Below, piece after piece: positions 48,440-57,236 of a DNA stretch of 58,136 nt. Made by a program: the position numbers and the translations under genes. Every line of letters starts with the position of its first letter. Positions within the stretch are counted from its first letter, which is position 1. Source of the DNA: Candidatus Uhrbacteria bacterium (GTDB lineage: Bacteria > Patescibacteriota > Patescibacteriia > UBA9934); NCBI GenBank assembly GCA_903848275.1, contig CAINGB010000009.1, positions 1 through 58,136 on the forward strand. Reading direction: 5' to 3'. Below the pieces are notes generated by a model that did no database searches, was not told the origin of the DNA, and saw nothing but the letters and a program-made list of their open reading frames with translations.

Positions 48440-49048
48440 ATGCGTCTAACCTCCGAGAACTACGAGAACTTTTCTAGATTTGTCATCATCTTGGTGGCGA
48501 TAAGCGCGGCGTGCGCTTTTAGTCTTCAAACCATCATTACAAAAGTCGCGCCAAATTTTCCGTTCTGGCCGCAATTCTTTCTTCTGGAAATACCTGCTAC
48601 TAGCGCATTCTTTTGGCTATTCTTTGAGCTTTTCGACAAGTATTTTTGGAAATGGAAATTCTTTCGAACAATTGGGATCGTCGATGGTCCAGATCTGTCG
48701 GGAAACTGGGAAGGAAAGTTTAAATCGAGCTTCGATAATTTCGCAACCGAATATCCCGTAACGATGACGATCACGCAGACAGCTACGAAGATCGAGGTTC
48801 ATACACAGTTCAACCAATCGAGATCAGGAAGCCTCACTGCATCATTCGAAAAAAGTAATATCGACGGAACAACCGCGTTGTTCTTCTTTTACCAAAATCG
48901 ACCAAAAGCTGATGCCGTTGAAACGATGGCTATGCACGAAGGTGCCTGTATGTTGGTTTTTGATCCAACGACAAAGCTACTTACGGGCAATTATTATTCC
49001 GGCCGAAACAGAAATAATCACGGCGAGATGACACTGAAAAAAATCTAA
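48440..49048 (+). CDS. cap15: CBASS Cap15-like 2TM beta-barrel effector
   Basis: Two TM helices, FDKYFWKW, PDLSGNWEG, YQNRP...HEG...LTGNYYSGR; directly downstream of the CD-NTase. Confidence 0.85.
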   Translation: MRLTSENYENFSRFVIILVAISAACAFSLQTIITKVAPNFPFWPQFFLLEIPATSAFFWLFFELFDKYFWKWKFFRTIGIVDGPDLSGNWEGKFKSSFDNFATEYPVTMTITQTATKIEVHTQFNQSRSGSLTASFEKSNIDGTTALFFFYQNRPKADAVETMAMHEGACMLVFDPTTKLLTGNYYSGRNRNNHGEMTLKKI

Positions 49049-49057
49049 CAAAAATCC

Positions 49058-49381
49058 ATGGAAATAAATGAACTCACGAACACAGTGAAACAAGTTGCAG
49101 AGGGGTACTCGAAAAAATTCGACGTGCCATATGACGGCGATTGGTTTCTACTCAAGCTCCAAGAAGAACTCGGCGAAATGACGCAGAAGTATCTCATCAT
49201 GACGAACCGGACGCGTCGCAAGCCCGAATCAGAAGCGGAGGCACGAGCCGCGCTTGCGGAAGAGATCGCGGACACATTCAGCTACGTCTTGCTTTTCGCC
49301 GATCACGTCGGAGTAGACGTCGAGGAAGCGGTAAAGGCGAAGTGGTTCAAGTATTTGGGACAGGAGTCGGCTCAGTCGTAA
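49058..49381 (+). CDS. MazG-like NTP pyrophosphohydrolase
   Basis: KLQEELGE...EEIAD (EExxE...ExxD). Confidence 0.85.
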   Translation: MEINELTNTVKQVAEGYSKKFDVPYDGDWFLLKLQEELGEMTQKYLIMTNRTRRKPESEAEARAALAEEIADTFSYVLLFADHVGVDVEEAVKAKWFKYLGQESAQS

Positions 49382-49880
49382 GGTTTGGATTTTCCTCCTT
49401 CAAAAACACGAAATGCCAGAAGTGTTCATCGCTTCGAATCTCACGCGCTTTTAGCTCACCAGTCCGTACCTTCTTCGCCAAAGTCGTATGATGCCAGCCG
49501 AACTTCTCCTTGAGATCGTCCGACGAATACCAGCTCTCGCGATCAGTCGCAATGGTACCCGGAATCACTCCGTCATTGACCGCCTTCTGGCACGGGTGGC
49601 ACTTGATGCCGAACTGATCGAACCAACCCTCGTCGCCCTTCATGTGGTGATGGCAAATGATACAGCTGTATGTCCCAGTTGATGGAACGGGGAACCCCTT
49701 TGGTTCGTTAACGAGCCGCTCCTTCCAACGCTCGATCCTCATGTGAACATCCAGCAGGGCACGGTAGAAGCCGAGCAAGTTGTCCGAGTATTCCAACGCC
49801 TGCGCGTCGGTCAAATCCTCGCCTCGGTTCTTCTTCCAAAGCTCCTTAAACGACTGGATCCGTTCGTTGTCTGTGCGCAT
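49347..49880 (-). CDS. Hypothetical protein with CxxC pairs and possible HTH
   Basis: CIIC, CHPC; start set at MRTDNERIQ. Confidence 0.6.
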   Translation of the reverse strand: MRTDNERIQSFKELWKKNRGEDLTDAQALEYSDNLLGFYRALLDVHMRIERWKERLVNEPKGFPVPSTGTYSCIICHHHMKGDEGWFDQFGIKCHPCQKAVNDGVIPGTIATDRESWYSSDDLKEKFGWHHTTLAKKVRTGELKAREIRSDEHFWHFVFLKEENPNLTTEPTPVPNT

Positions 49881-50043
49881 AGGATTATTGTTAAAAGCCC
49901 TTGAAACGATCGTATTCCCGATTTGAGACACAGGCCATTCTCGTGTCTCATTTGTCTCATTTCGATGAGACCCGGGTGCCAGTTTGACCTCTCCAAAAGA
50001 CCCCTCAATCATTGTCGAAAGGTGAGTTCGAGACCCGTACGCC

Positions 50044-50089
50044 GAGCCACAAAAAGACGACAGCTTCGGCTGCCGTCTTTTTGTGGCTC
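50044..50089. terminator. Long cUUCGg hairpin at the island right edge
   Basis: gagccacaaaaagacgacagc-ttcg-gctgccgtctttttgtggctc; 21-bp stem with one mismatch. Confidence 0.7.
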
Positions 50090-50195
50090 CCGGTGTGTGT
50101 GTGGATTGAGACTTTAGGTTCGTTACTCTGACAGGAATTTTAATATAGAGTAAAATATCTTATATACTATTTAGACTACCAATTAACTATTTTCT

Positions 50196-50654
50196 ATGAG
50201 CACTGCTGAATGGTTCGACATTCTTGGATTATTCTTACTACTCGCTGGTTTTGTGATTGGCCTGGGGGCAGTGACGGTGGTAGATATCCACGGCTTCCTG
50301 GGGCGGACGTCGTCGTATTGGACCGAGGCCACAACCAGAACACACAAAGTCACCAAGCCGATGATCTGGGCTGGGATTATTCTGGCTGTGGTTGGTGGTT
50401 TTATTTTTTATCGAACCCAGAGCTTGGCCGGTATTCCACTCGCTCAGGCGTTGATTGCGCTCATGTTGATTGCTAATGGTTATTTTCTGTCATTCCGGGT
50501 CAGCCCTTTCATGCTGCAGCGTGAAAAAGAAGGAAGAGCTGGAGAACTCTTGCCAGCTGCCTGGCAAAAGAAAATTGCGGTGAGTCTCATTGTCTCCGAT
50601 CTCGGCTGGTGGGGTGGTTTGTTTTTGCTAGTCGTCTATCTAGTAGCTTGCTAA
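50196..50654 (+). CDS. Hypothetical 4-TM membrane protein
   Basis: Four hydrophobic helices. Confidence 0.7.
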   Translation: MSTAEWFDILGLFLLLAGFVIGLGAVTVVDIHGFLGRTSSYWTEATTRTHKVTKPMIWAGIILAVVGGFIFYRTQSLAGIPLAQALIALMLIANGYFLSFRVSPFMLQREKEGRAGELLPAAWQKKIAVSLIVSDLGWWGGLFLLVVYLVAC

Positions 50655-50660
50655 ATTCTT

Positions 50661-51173
50661 ATGAGAACTAAGACTGTCAAAGTGAATGATACCTTTCAGA
50701 AAGGTTATACGTATCAACTCACCGCGCCGGTGGGACGGAATTTTCAGCCTGATTTCAAGCCAGACCTTTCCCCAAAAGAAATGCTGGCGCTTGGCGTCTT
50801 CGGCGGCAAGTACATGACCGACTGCCAAAAAGAGTTTCCTAAAAGCTGGTTCACGCGCGCTAAGCTCTCCCCCGAACAACATGACGACACAATCAACTTT
50901 TTTCACAAACACGCTAGTCAACCGCTAAAAGTTTGGCGAGAAAAAGGCTGGATCAATGAAGAGCACGATCCGCGCGGCTGGTTCCAATGGTATTGTCGCT
51001 ACTACATGGGCAGACGACTGGGGGCCGAAGACGAGCGACAAATCAAGAGGTGGAAAGCCATCCGTCGACACATATCACAGATTAGAAAGAATTGTCAGGC
51101 GAAAGACCTCACCTGCCGTCCGGCACAAAGACAGGCCGTGCTGCACTGGGCTTATGACAGCAGAAAGATGTAA
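50661..51173 (+). CDS. Conserved hypothetical protein
   Basis: Open 170-aa ORF, DPRGWFQWYCRYYMGRR motif; in operon context. Confidence 0.75.
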   Translation: MRTKTVKVNDTFQKGYTYQLTAPVGRNFQPDFKPDLSPKEMLALGVFGGKYMTDCQKEFPKSWFTRAKLSPEQHDDTINFFHKHASQPLKVWREKGWINEEHDPRGWFQWYCRYYMGRRLGAEDERQIKRWKAIRRHISQIRKNCQAKDLTCRPAQRQAVLHWAYDSRKM

Positions 51174-51180
51174 ACCGAAT

Positions 51181-51639
51181 ATGAAACTCTCTAGTCCCGT
51201 CTTCAATAATGGCGATGTCATTCCCGAGCAATACGGGCGAGATTTTGCGAATGTTAATCCCCCGCTGGTGATTGAGGACGTGCCGAATAAGGCGGCCTCG
51301 CTTGTGCTGTTTATGGAAGACCCGGATGTTCCGCTGGCGGCTGGAGTGCCCGTGTGGGATCATTGGGTGGTATTTAATATTCCAGCGGATACCAGAACTA
51401 TCCCCGAGGGGTGGCAACCGACTGGAATTCGTGGACGAGGCACACGCGGCGAGCTCGATTACGGCGGACCGCGACCACCGGACCGTGAGCACCGGTATTT
51501 CTTTAAACTGTTTGCGCTTGATGCGATGCTCGATTCACCCGAGGGATCGACGAAGCAGCAGATTGCAGAGGCGATGCATGGGCATGTACTTGAGACGGTG
51601 GAGTTGATGGGACGGTTTGCTCCTTCGTTCACTAACTGA
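51181..51639 (+). CDS. YbhB/YbcL (PEBP/RKIP-like) protein
   Basis: MEDPDVP...WDHWVVFNIP, YGGPRPPDREHRYFFKLFALD. Confidence 0.92.
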   Translation: MKLSSPVFNNGDVIPEQYGRDFANVNPPLVIEDVPNKAASLVLFMEDPDVPLAAGVPVWDHWVVFNIPADTRTIPEGWQPTGIRGRGTRGELDYGGPRPPDREHRYFFKLFALDAMLDSPEGSTKQQIAEAMHGHVLETVELMGRFAPSFTN

Positions 51640-51728
51640 TTATGATAAATTGAAAGAGTCGACAATGTCGGAATTTCAGAAATGGGCAGTGGCTCAGGTC
51701 GTTAAGAAGATTCATGATTTGTAATAAT

Positions 51729-52736
51729 ATGGAACCTAATAATGAAATAGTTATCTATCAAGCCGACGATGGTACGCCTAAAATTGAGGCGCGTATTGAG
51801 GATGAAAATATCTGGTTAACACAAGCACAAATGGCCTTGCTTTTTGATAAAGGAAGGACAACTATCACTGAACATATTCTCAATATATTCAAAGAGGGCG
51901 AATTAGACGAAGAGGTGGTATGTCGGAATTTCCGACATACCACTAAACACGGTGCTATTGAAGCAAAAACTCAAGAAAAAGATGTAAAATATTTTAATCT
52001 TGATGTTATAATCTCCGTTGGATATCGCGTTAAATCGTTCATCGGGACACAGTTTAGGATCTGGGCAACAAAACGACTACATGAATACATTGTTAAAGGC
52101 TTTACGATGAACGATGAACTACTGAAAGAAAATGGTGGAGGTAAATATTGGTACGAACTGCTTGATCGTATTCGCGATATTCGGAGCAGTGAGAAGGTGC
52201 TCTACCGCCAGGTGCTGGATTTATATGCCACGAGTGTCGACTATAATCCCAGCGCCAAAGAGTCGATCAAGTTTTTTAAAATTGTCCAAAATAAACTTCA
52301 TTACGCGGCCCACGGTCACACAGCCGCCGAGGTGATTGCCGAGAGAGCCAATGCTGGTAAGCCATTTATGGGTTTACTCACCTTCTCTACAGGCGGCGTA
52401 TGCAAAAAAGATATTGCTGTGGCTAAAAATTATCTTAATGTAAAGGAGTTGAAAATTCTAAATAATATCGTTTCGGCGTTTTTTGATTTGGCTGAAGTGA
52501 GGGCTATGGAGCACGAAGCAATGTACATGAAGGACTGGGTCGCCAGGCTTGATAAATTAATTGGTGTTTTCGATAAGAAAGTTTTGGCTGAAGCTGGGTC
52601 GACTAGTCATGACGACGCGCTAAAAAAAGCCGAGGCGGAATATAAGAAATATCAAATTCAGAATATCAGTAGTGTAGAGATGGCATATTTGAAGAGTATC
52701 AAGGTACTGCAGGAAGAAATAAAGAAAAAGATATGA
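51729..52736 (+). CDS. Virulence RhuM-family protein
   Basis: WLTQAQMALLF, NLDVIISVGYRVKS, QFRIWAT, RIRDIRSSEK. Confidence 0.92.
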   Translation: MEPNNEIVIYQADDGTPKIEARIEDENIWLTQAQMALLFDKGRTTITEHILNIFKEGELDEEVVCRNFRHTTKHGAIEAKTQEKDVKYFNLDVIISVGYRVKSFIGTQFRIWATKRLHEYIVKGFTMNDELLKENGGGKYWYELLDRIRDIRSSEKVLYRQVLDLYATSVDYNPSAKESIKFFKIVQNKLHYAAHGHTAAEVIAERANAGKPFMGLLTFSTGGVCKKDIAVAKNYLNVKELKILNNIVSAFFDLAEVRAMEHEAMYMKDWVARLDKLIGVFDKKVLAEAGSTSHDDALKKAEAEYKKYQIQNISSVEMAYLKSIKVLQEEIKKKI

Positions 52737-52867
52737 CCTCAATAGCAAAAGTTCCCTCTGACTTACAGAAGGCGTTAGCTGCGACGCCTAAGATTGAGGC
52801 GCTGTGGAAAAGTTTGACGCCCATTGCTAGGCGCGATTTTGTGAGTTGGATTGAGTCGGCTCAGTAG
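52733..52867 (+). pseudogene. YdeI/OmpD-associated family fragment with premature stop
   Basis: MTSIAKVPSDLQKALAATPKIEALWKSLTPIARRDFVSWIESAQ*, with homology-like text continuing briefly after the TAG. Confidence 0.6.
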
Positions 52868-52984
52868 TCAGAAATGAGGACGCGAAGTTGCAGGCAAAGC
52901 AGATCGCCAGAGTTGGGTGGAGGAGATTTGTGGTAAACTGTCGACAAGTAAACATGAGAAGTAATTTCAGTAGCAACTTCTGTT

Positions 52985-53512
52985 ATGAAAAAATTTGTCC
53001 TTCTAATCTCTGGCACATCATGTACTGGTAAATCGAGCCTGGTCAAGGTAATCAGCCAGAAATTTCCCGGGGTCTACAATGTGGCCCATGACAAACTTAA
53101 ATGGCAGCTGGCTGGGTATGACAGAAGACAGAATGGTGAGGTGATGAAGAAGTTGGTAGAAGGATTTTTTCGTGTGGTTTGTGAGCAAGGCTTGTCGATA
53201 CTGCTCGAAGTAATTATACGGTCACCAGAAGCACTGAAACGCTATGAGCAGACAGCAGCAGAGTTTGGCTACCAATTTATTTCAGTAAAACTGACGGCAC
53301 CAGAAGATGTACTACTCAAACGTTGGCGAGAACGTGTGAAGGATGCGAAGGCTAACAACAGACCAACCTCAATGACAAAAGAAGAAGACTTTATAGAGAA
53401 TGTGAGGATGGCGTTCTATGTACCCAGTGAGGCTACAGTGTTTGATACATCAGTGGTAAGTACTGATGAGATAGCTGAAAAGATTAGCGAGCTTATTACT
53501 GCGGCGAATTAA
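52985..53512 (+). CDS. AAA/P-loop nucleotide-kinase-like protein
   Basis: ISGTSCTGKSS Walker A. Confidence 0.75.
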   Translation: MKKFVLLISGTSCTGKSSLVKVISQKFPGVYNVAHDKLKWQLAGYDRRQNGEVMKKLVEGFFRVVCEQGLSILLEVIIRSPEALKRYEQTAAEFGYQFISVKLTAPEDVLLKRWRERVKDAKANNRPTSMTKEEDFIENVRMAFYVPSEATVFDTSVVSTDEIAEKISELITAAN

Positions 53513-53521
53513 TTTCAACTT

Positions 53522-53800
53522 ATGGACATAGAAATGGGTATTAAAGGGCAGGATTTCAAGCGACTACCTAATCCAGAACGCATGACGGATGACGCCTTGA
53601 TAAAAGACTTTGATCACCTGATTGGCCAAGCTGAGAGCGCAGCTGATGCGGAGCGTATACTTCTCGATTCCTTCTCACCTCGTCCAGTCGTTACCGTTGA
53701 AGAAACACCCGATGGTCGAAGTTTTGTGGTCAATATCAGGACGAAGATAACTGAATATCCTAGAACATACATCATCGATAAAATTGCCAAGGCGGCGTAA
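53522..53800 (+). CDS. Hypothetical protein
   Basis: 92-aa ORF co-oriented with neighbours. Confidence 0.55.
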   Translation: MDIEMGIKGQDFKRLPNPERMTDDALIKDFDHLIGQAESAADAERILLDSFSPRPVVTVEETPDGRSFVVNIRTKITEYPRTYIIDKIAKAA

Positions 53801-53835
53801 CAAAATTCGCGCTTCATGCTATACTGGGAACAAAT

Positions 53836-54900
53836 ATGATTCCCAAGCGTATTAAGGAGAGTAAGACTTACCAGCGCGTGCACGCGTTTGCGAAGAAGTA
53901 TGAAAAGTGGACCATTCCGCTCATGCTGCTTGGTGGTTTGAGTGGCGACGTGTTGCAGTACACCAAGCTCGATATTCGCGAGAAGTTCATGATTCTCAGC
54001 GTCTATGTGGTGGTGTCGACGGGGACGTTACTCATTATGAATTATCCAGCTGCTAGCGAGCACAAAGTGTGGCGTAAGCTGCTGATTATTTCGCCGTTCG
54101 CGCATCAGTTTGCGATTGGTGGTCTATTGGCTACTTCCCTCTTGTTCTACTGGTTTAGCGGCGCATTCTCCGTCACCTGGCCGATCATTCTCATTGTCGT
54201 CCTGTTCATGTTCTTTAACGAGTTTTTGCGGGAGCATTTCTTGCGGCCCACGGTGCAAGTTGGCGTACTGTCCTTCTCCATGTTCTCGCTCTTGGCGATT
54301 CTGTTCTCTTTCATCTTTAATTCACTCGAACCGCAAATCTTCGTGCTGGCTGGCGTCGCGAGTCTAGTTTTCATGATTTGCTTCACGCTACTGCTGACGA
54401 GGGTTGGCGCCATGAAGAACAAACGTTTTACCATGATCGCTACGAGTTCGATCGTCTTTCTCCTGATGAACGGGGCGTACTACCTGAACATTATTCCACC
54501 AATTCCGCTGTCTGTGCGAGAGGCTACCATGGCTTATAATGTGGCCCGGAGTGACGGTGATTACTTGTTAGTGAAACAGCCGGAGAGCTGGCTTGAGGCG
54601 CTTATTCCTGGCGTCACCATGACCATTAAAATCGGCGACCCCATTTATGCTTTTACTAATGTAGCCGCCCCAACTAGCTTGTCGACTACACTCGTGCATC
54701 GTTGGGAATACTACGACCCGTCGAGTAAGAATTGGGTGACGAAAAGTATTCTCAGTTACGGTATGACTGGTGGACGTGATGAGGGTTACCGCGGATATTC
54801 TTACAAGACAAGTTTGTTGGCTGGGAGGTGGCGCGTTACCGTAGAAACAACCCGAGGGCAAGTACTGACACGCATTCCCTTTTACGTTGTGTATAAATAG
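53836..54900 (+). CDS. DUF2914-like membrane protein
   Basis: Multiple TM helices, IPPIPLS, HRW, GGRDEGYRGYS, GRWRVTVET. Confidence 0.8.
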   Translation: MIPKRIKESKTYQRVHAFAKKYEKWTIPLMLLGGLSGDVLQYTKLDIREKFMILSVYVVVSTGTLLIMNYPAASEHKVWRKLLIISPFAHQFAIGGLLATSLLFYWFSGAFSVTWPIILIVVLFMFFNEFLREHFLRPTVQVGVLSFSMFSLLAILFSFIFNSLEPQIFVLAGVASLVFMICFTLLLTRVGAMKNKRFTMIATSSIVFLLMNGAYYLNIIPPIPLSVREATMAYNVARSDGDYLLVKQPESWLEALIPGVTMTIKIGDPIYAFTNVAAPTSLSTTLVHRWEYYDPSSKNWVTKSILSYGMTGGRDEGYRGYSYKTSLLAGRWRVTVETTRGQVLTRIPFYVVYK

Positions 54901-55023
54901 TTGACGGAAATGTGCTATACTAAAGTTATGAATCTTAAATAAATTCTATGGGCAAAGGAGACGCGTCACAAAAGGGAAACAAGAATGCTAAGAAACTAAG
55001 CAAGGCACAGATCGCTAAAAAGG

Positions 55024-55494
55024 CTAGAGCTTAATACACTTCCTACAGAGGCCGAAGAGTTCGACCGAATGTTCATTGACAGTCGCAAAGTTGCGGCTGT
55101 TTTTGATAGCGGCTTTAATGAGACCTGAGACACCGCAGCTGTAAAGGTCTTCGGTTAAGCCGCACTTGGTGCAGACAATATGGTGATGGTGGTCAGCGTG
55201 ATCGATTAGTTCGTAGTCCAAGTGGCCGTGACGGAGATTGACTTCGCGAATCAAACCGCTCGTCTTAAATGAATCAAGAATGCGGTAAATGGTGACTCCA
55301 TTAATGGCGGGGAGGGCTGGGACAGTTGGGAGGGCAGCTGCAACTTCTTGCGCGCTGAGGGGGTGGGTGCTGTTTTTGAAGATTTTCAAAACAGAAAGTC
55401 GAGGCCTGGTCACTTTGAGACCGCACTCGGCGAGCAAACTGGTGAGCTCTAATTGCTCCGGCGACGCTGTGGCTGGTTTGGAAGAGTTTGACAT
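55024..55494 (-). CDS. Fur-family regulator (likely Zur)
   Basis: TRPRLSVL, TIYRIL, HHHHIVCTKCG, GLCRKC; divergent from znuACB. Confidence 0.9.
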   Translation of the reverse strand: MSNSSKPATASPEQLELTSLLAECGLKVTRPRLSVLKIFKNSTHPLSAQEVAAALPTVPALPAINGVTIYRILDSFKTSGLIREVNLRHGHLDYELIDHADHHHHIVCTKCGLTEDLYSCGVSGLIKAAIKNSRNFATVNEHSVELFGLCRKCIKL

Positions 55495-55496
55495 AA

Positions 55497-55543
55497 TTGA
55501 CTTAAAGCTAGCACACTGCTATGCTAAATGCAAGTTAGTTGCA
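55497..55543 (+). promoter_or_regulatory. znuA promoter with Fur/Zur-box-like palindrome
   Basis: TTGACT-N17-TATGCT followed by TGCAA-N5-TTGCA (55529-55543). Confidence 0.6.
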
Positions 55544-55556
55544 ACAAGTAGAGCCT

Positions 55557-56480
55557 ATGGAAAAATCATATTTTGTTTTCGGTCTTATCGCTATCATCGT
55601 CATCGCGACTGGTGCCGTCCTCTGGTCCGCTAATAAACCAACCCAGATAGCCGGCCCCGACTCCTCTCGCAAACTGAAAATTGTTACCTCCTTTTACACA
55701 ATCGGAGAATTTGCCCACCAAGTCGGCGGCGATTTGGTCGACGTGGAAGTCATCACTCCAGCCGGTACCGAACCCCACGACTACGAACCAACACCGCAAC
55801 AGATTGCCGATATTTATGCCTCCGATGTTTTCTTGTTTAATGGAGCTGGCTTGGATAGTTGGGCAGAGAAGATTGCCGCCGATCTAAACACTAAGCAAGT
55901 GTATCCTGGAGTATCTGTTGGAGAAATGCGTTTCGCTGTAGATATAAACGGAGCGACTGATCCGCATTTTTGGTTAGACCCGAAGTTAGCAATCAAGGAA
56001 GTTCAAGAAATCAGTTTGGAACTCGCCAGAATCGATGAGACTAACAGGCAAAAGTATACTGACAATGCTAACAGCTACATCGCCAAACTGACAGCCTTGT
56101 CCGACGAATATAAAATGGGACTCGCGAAATGTAGCCAGAGAACAATAGTAACGAGTCATAACGCTTTCACTTATCTGGCCGACGAGTATAACTTTGACGT
56201 CATTGCTTTGACTGGACTCTCGCCGGATGCTGAGCCGTCCGCTGGCAGACTCGCCGAGATTGCCAAGCTCGCGGAAGAGAAAAAAATAAAGTATATTTAC
56301 TTCGAGACGTTAGTGAGTCCAAAGCTCGCGCAAACTATTGCCGATGAGATAGGCGCTACGACACTTATCTTTAATCCGCTCGAGGGTTTGACGAATGAAG
56401 AGCTGGCGGCGGGAGAGAATTATATTTCTGTGATGGAGACCAACTTGCAGAATTTAAGAATTGGCATGATATGCGAATAA
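55557..56480 (+). CDS. znuA: Zn/Mn ABC transporter substrate-binding protein
   Basis: EPHDYEP, DPHFWLDP, SHNAFTY. Confidence 0.9.
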   Translation: MEKSYFVFGLIAIIVIATGAVLWSANKPTQIAGPDSSRKLKIVTSFYTIGEFAHQVGGDLVDVEVITPAGTEPHDYEPTPQQIADIYASDVFLFNGAGLDSWAEKIAADLNTKQVYPGVSVGEMRFAVDINGATDPHFWLDPKLAIKEVQEISLELARIDETNRQKYTDNANSYIAKLTALSDEYKMGLAKCSQRTIVTSHNAFTYLADEYNFDVIALTGLSPDAEPSAGRLAEIAKLAEEKKIKYIYFETLVSPKLAQTIADEIGATTLIFNPLEGLTNEELAAGENYISVMETNLQNLRIGMICE

Positions 56481-57235
56481 GTAAAGCGTCGACGATCATC
56501 GAAGCCAAACATCTCACCTTCGTCCGACATGACGAAGAAGTGCTACATGATTTCAGCTTCGCTATTCATGAAGGCGATTATGTTGGTGTGATTGGGCCGA
56601 ATGGTGGTGGTAAAACGACGTTGCTACGCTTGTTACTAGGTTTAGAAAAACCAACGAATGGGGGTATAAAAATTCTGGGAGGCTCGCCCTCGAAGAGAAT
56701 GGTGAGGCAGCAGATTGGCTATGTGGCGCAACGTGGAGGGAGTTTAGATAGCCAGTTTCCGGCGACGGTCGAGGAGGTGGTGAAGGCGGGACGGACGCCG
56801 CGTTTGGGCTGGTTCGGTACTTGGCGAGACGTCGATGAAAAAGCAGTCAACACAGCCATGAAAGAGATGAATGTCGAGAAGCTGCGCGAACGGCCGATGA
56901 GCAGATTATCAGGTGGTGAACGGCAGAAAGTGTTGCTGGCTAGGGCGATGGCGGCGGAACCGAAGATACTTTTTCTCGACGAGCCAGTGGATGGCCTCGA
57001 TCCGCAGTCGCGTGATGACTTCTATAAATTGTTAAGGTTGATAAATAAAAAAGGTGTCACCATCATCTTTGTCTCCCACGATGTGCATGTGATTAGTCGC
57101 GAAGCAGGATCGGCGCTGTGCTTGAAACATCAACTAGTGTGTCACGGCGATAAGGCTTGCCATATTCAGGGGACGCAACTGCGCGACCTCTTCCATGAGA
57201 CGCACGAGGACTTGGTTCATCATCACGATACCTAA
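56471..57235 (+). CDS. znuC: Zn/Mn ABC transporter ATPase
   Basis: GPNGGGKTT, LSGGERQ, LDEP, SHD; His-rich tail. Confidence 0.9.
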   Translation: MRISKASTIIEAKHLTFVRHDEEVLHDFSFAIHEGDYVGVIGPNGGGKTTLLRLLLGLEKPTNGGIKILGGSPSKRMVRQQIGYVAQRGGSLDSQFPATVEEVVKAGRTPRLGWFGTWRDVDEKAVNTAMKEMNVEKLRERPMSRLSGGERQKVLLARAMAAEPKILFLDEPVDGLDPQSRDDFYKLLRLINKKGVTIIFVSHDVHVISREAGSALCLKHQLVCHGDKACHIQGTQLRDLFHETHEDLVHHHDT

Positions 57236-57236
57236 T

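Larger units (their letters stand above)
23638..50089. mobile_element. tRNA-Asn-associated genomic (defence) island with large serine recombinase
   Basis: Starts at the tRNA 3' end. Contains recombinase, IS, R-M, CBASS and terminase genes. Right end inferred from a degenerate tRNA-3'-like sequence and a hairpin at 50026-50089. Confidence 0.7.

Noticed and set aside
51729-52736. RhuM gene as part of the island or R-M system
   Set aside because: RhuM often accompanies R-M loci, but here it lies beyond the inferred right boundary among unrelated genes; linkage cannot be supported.
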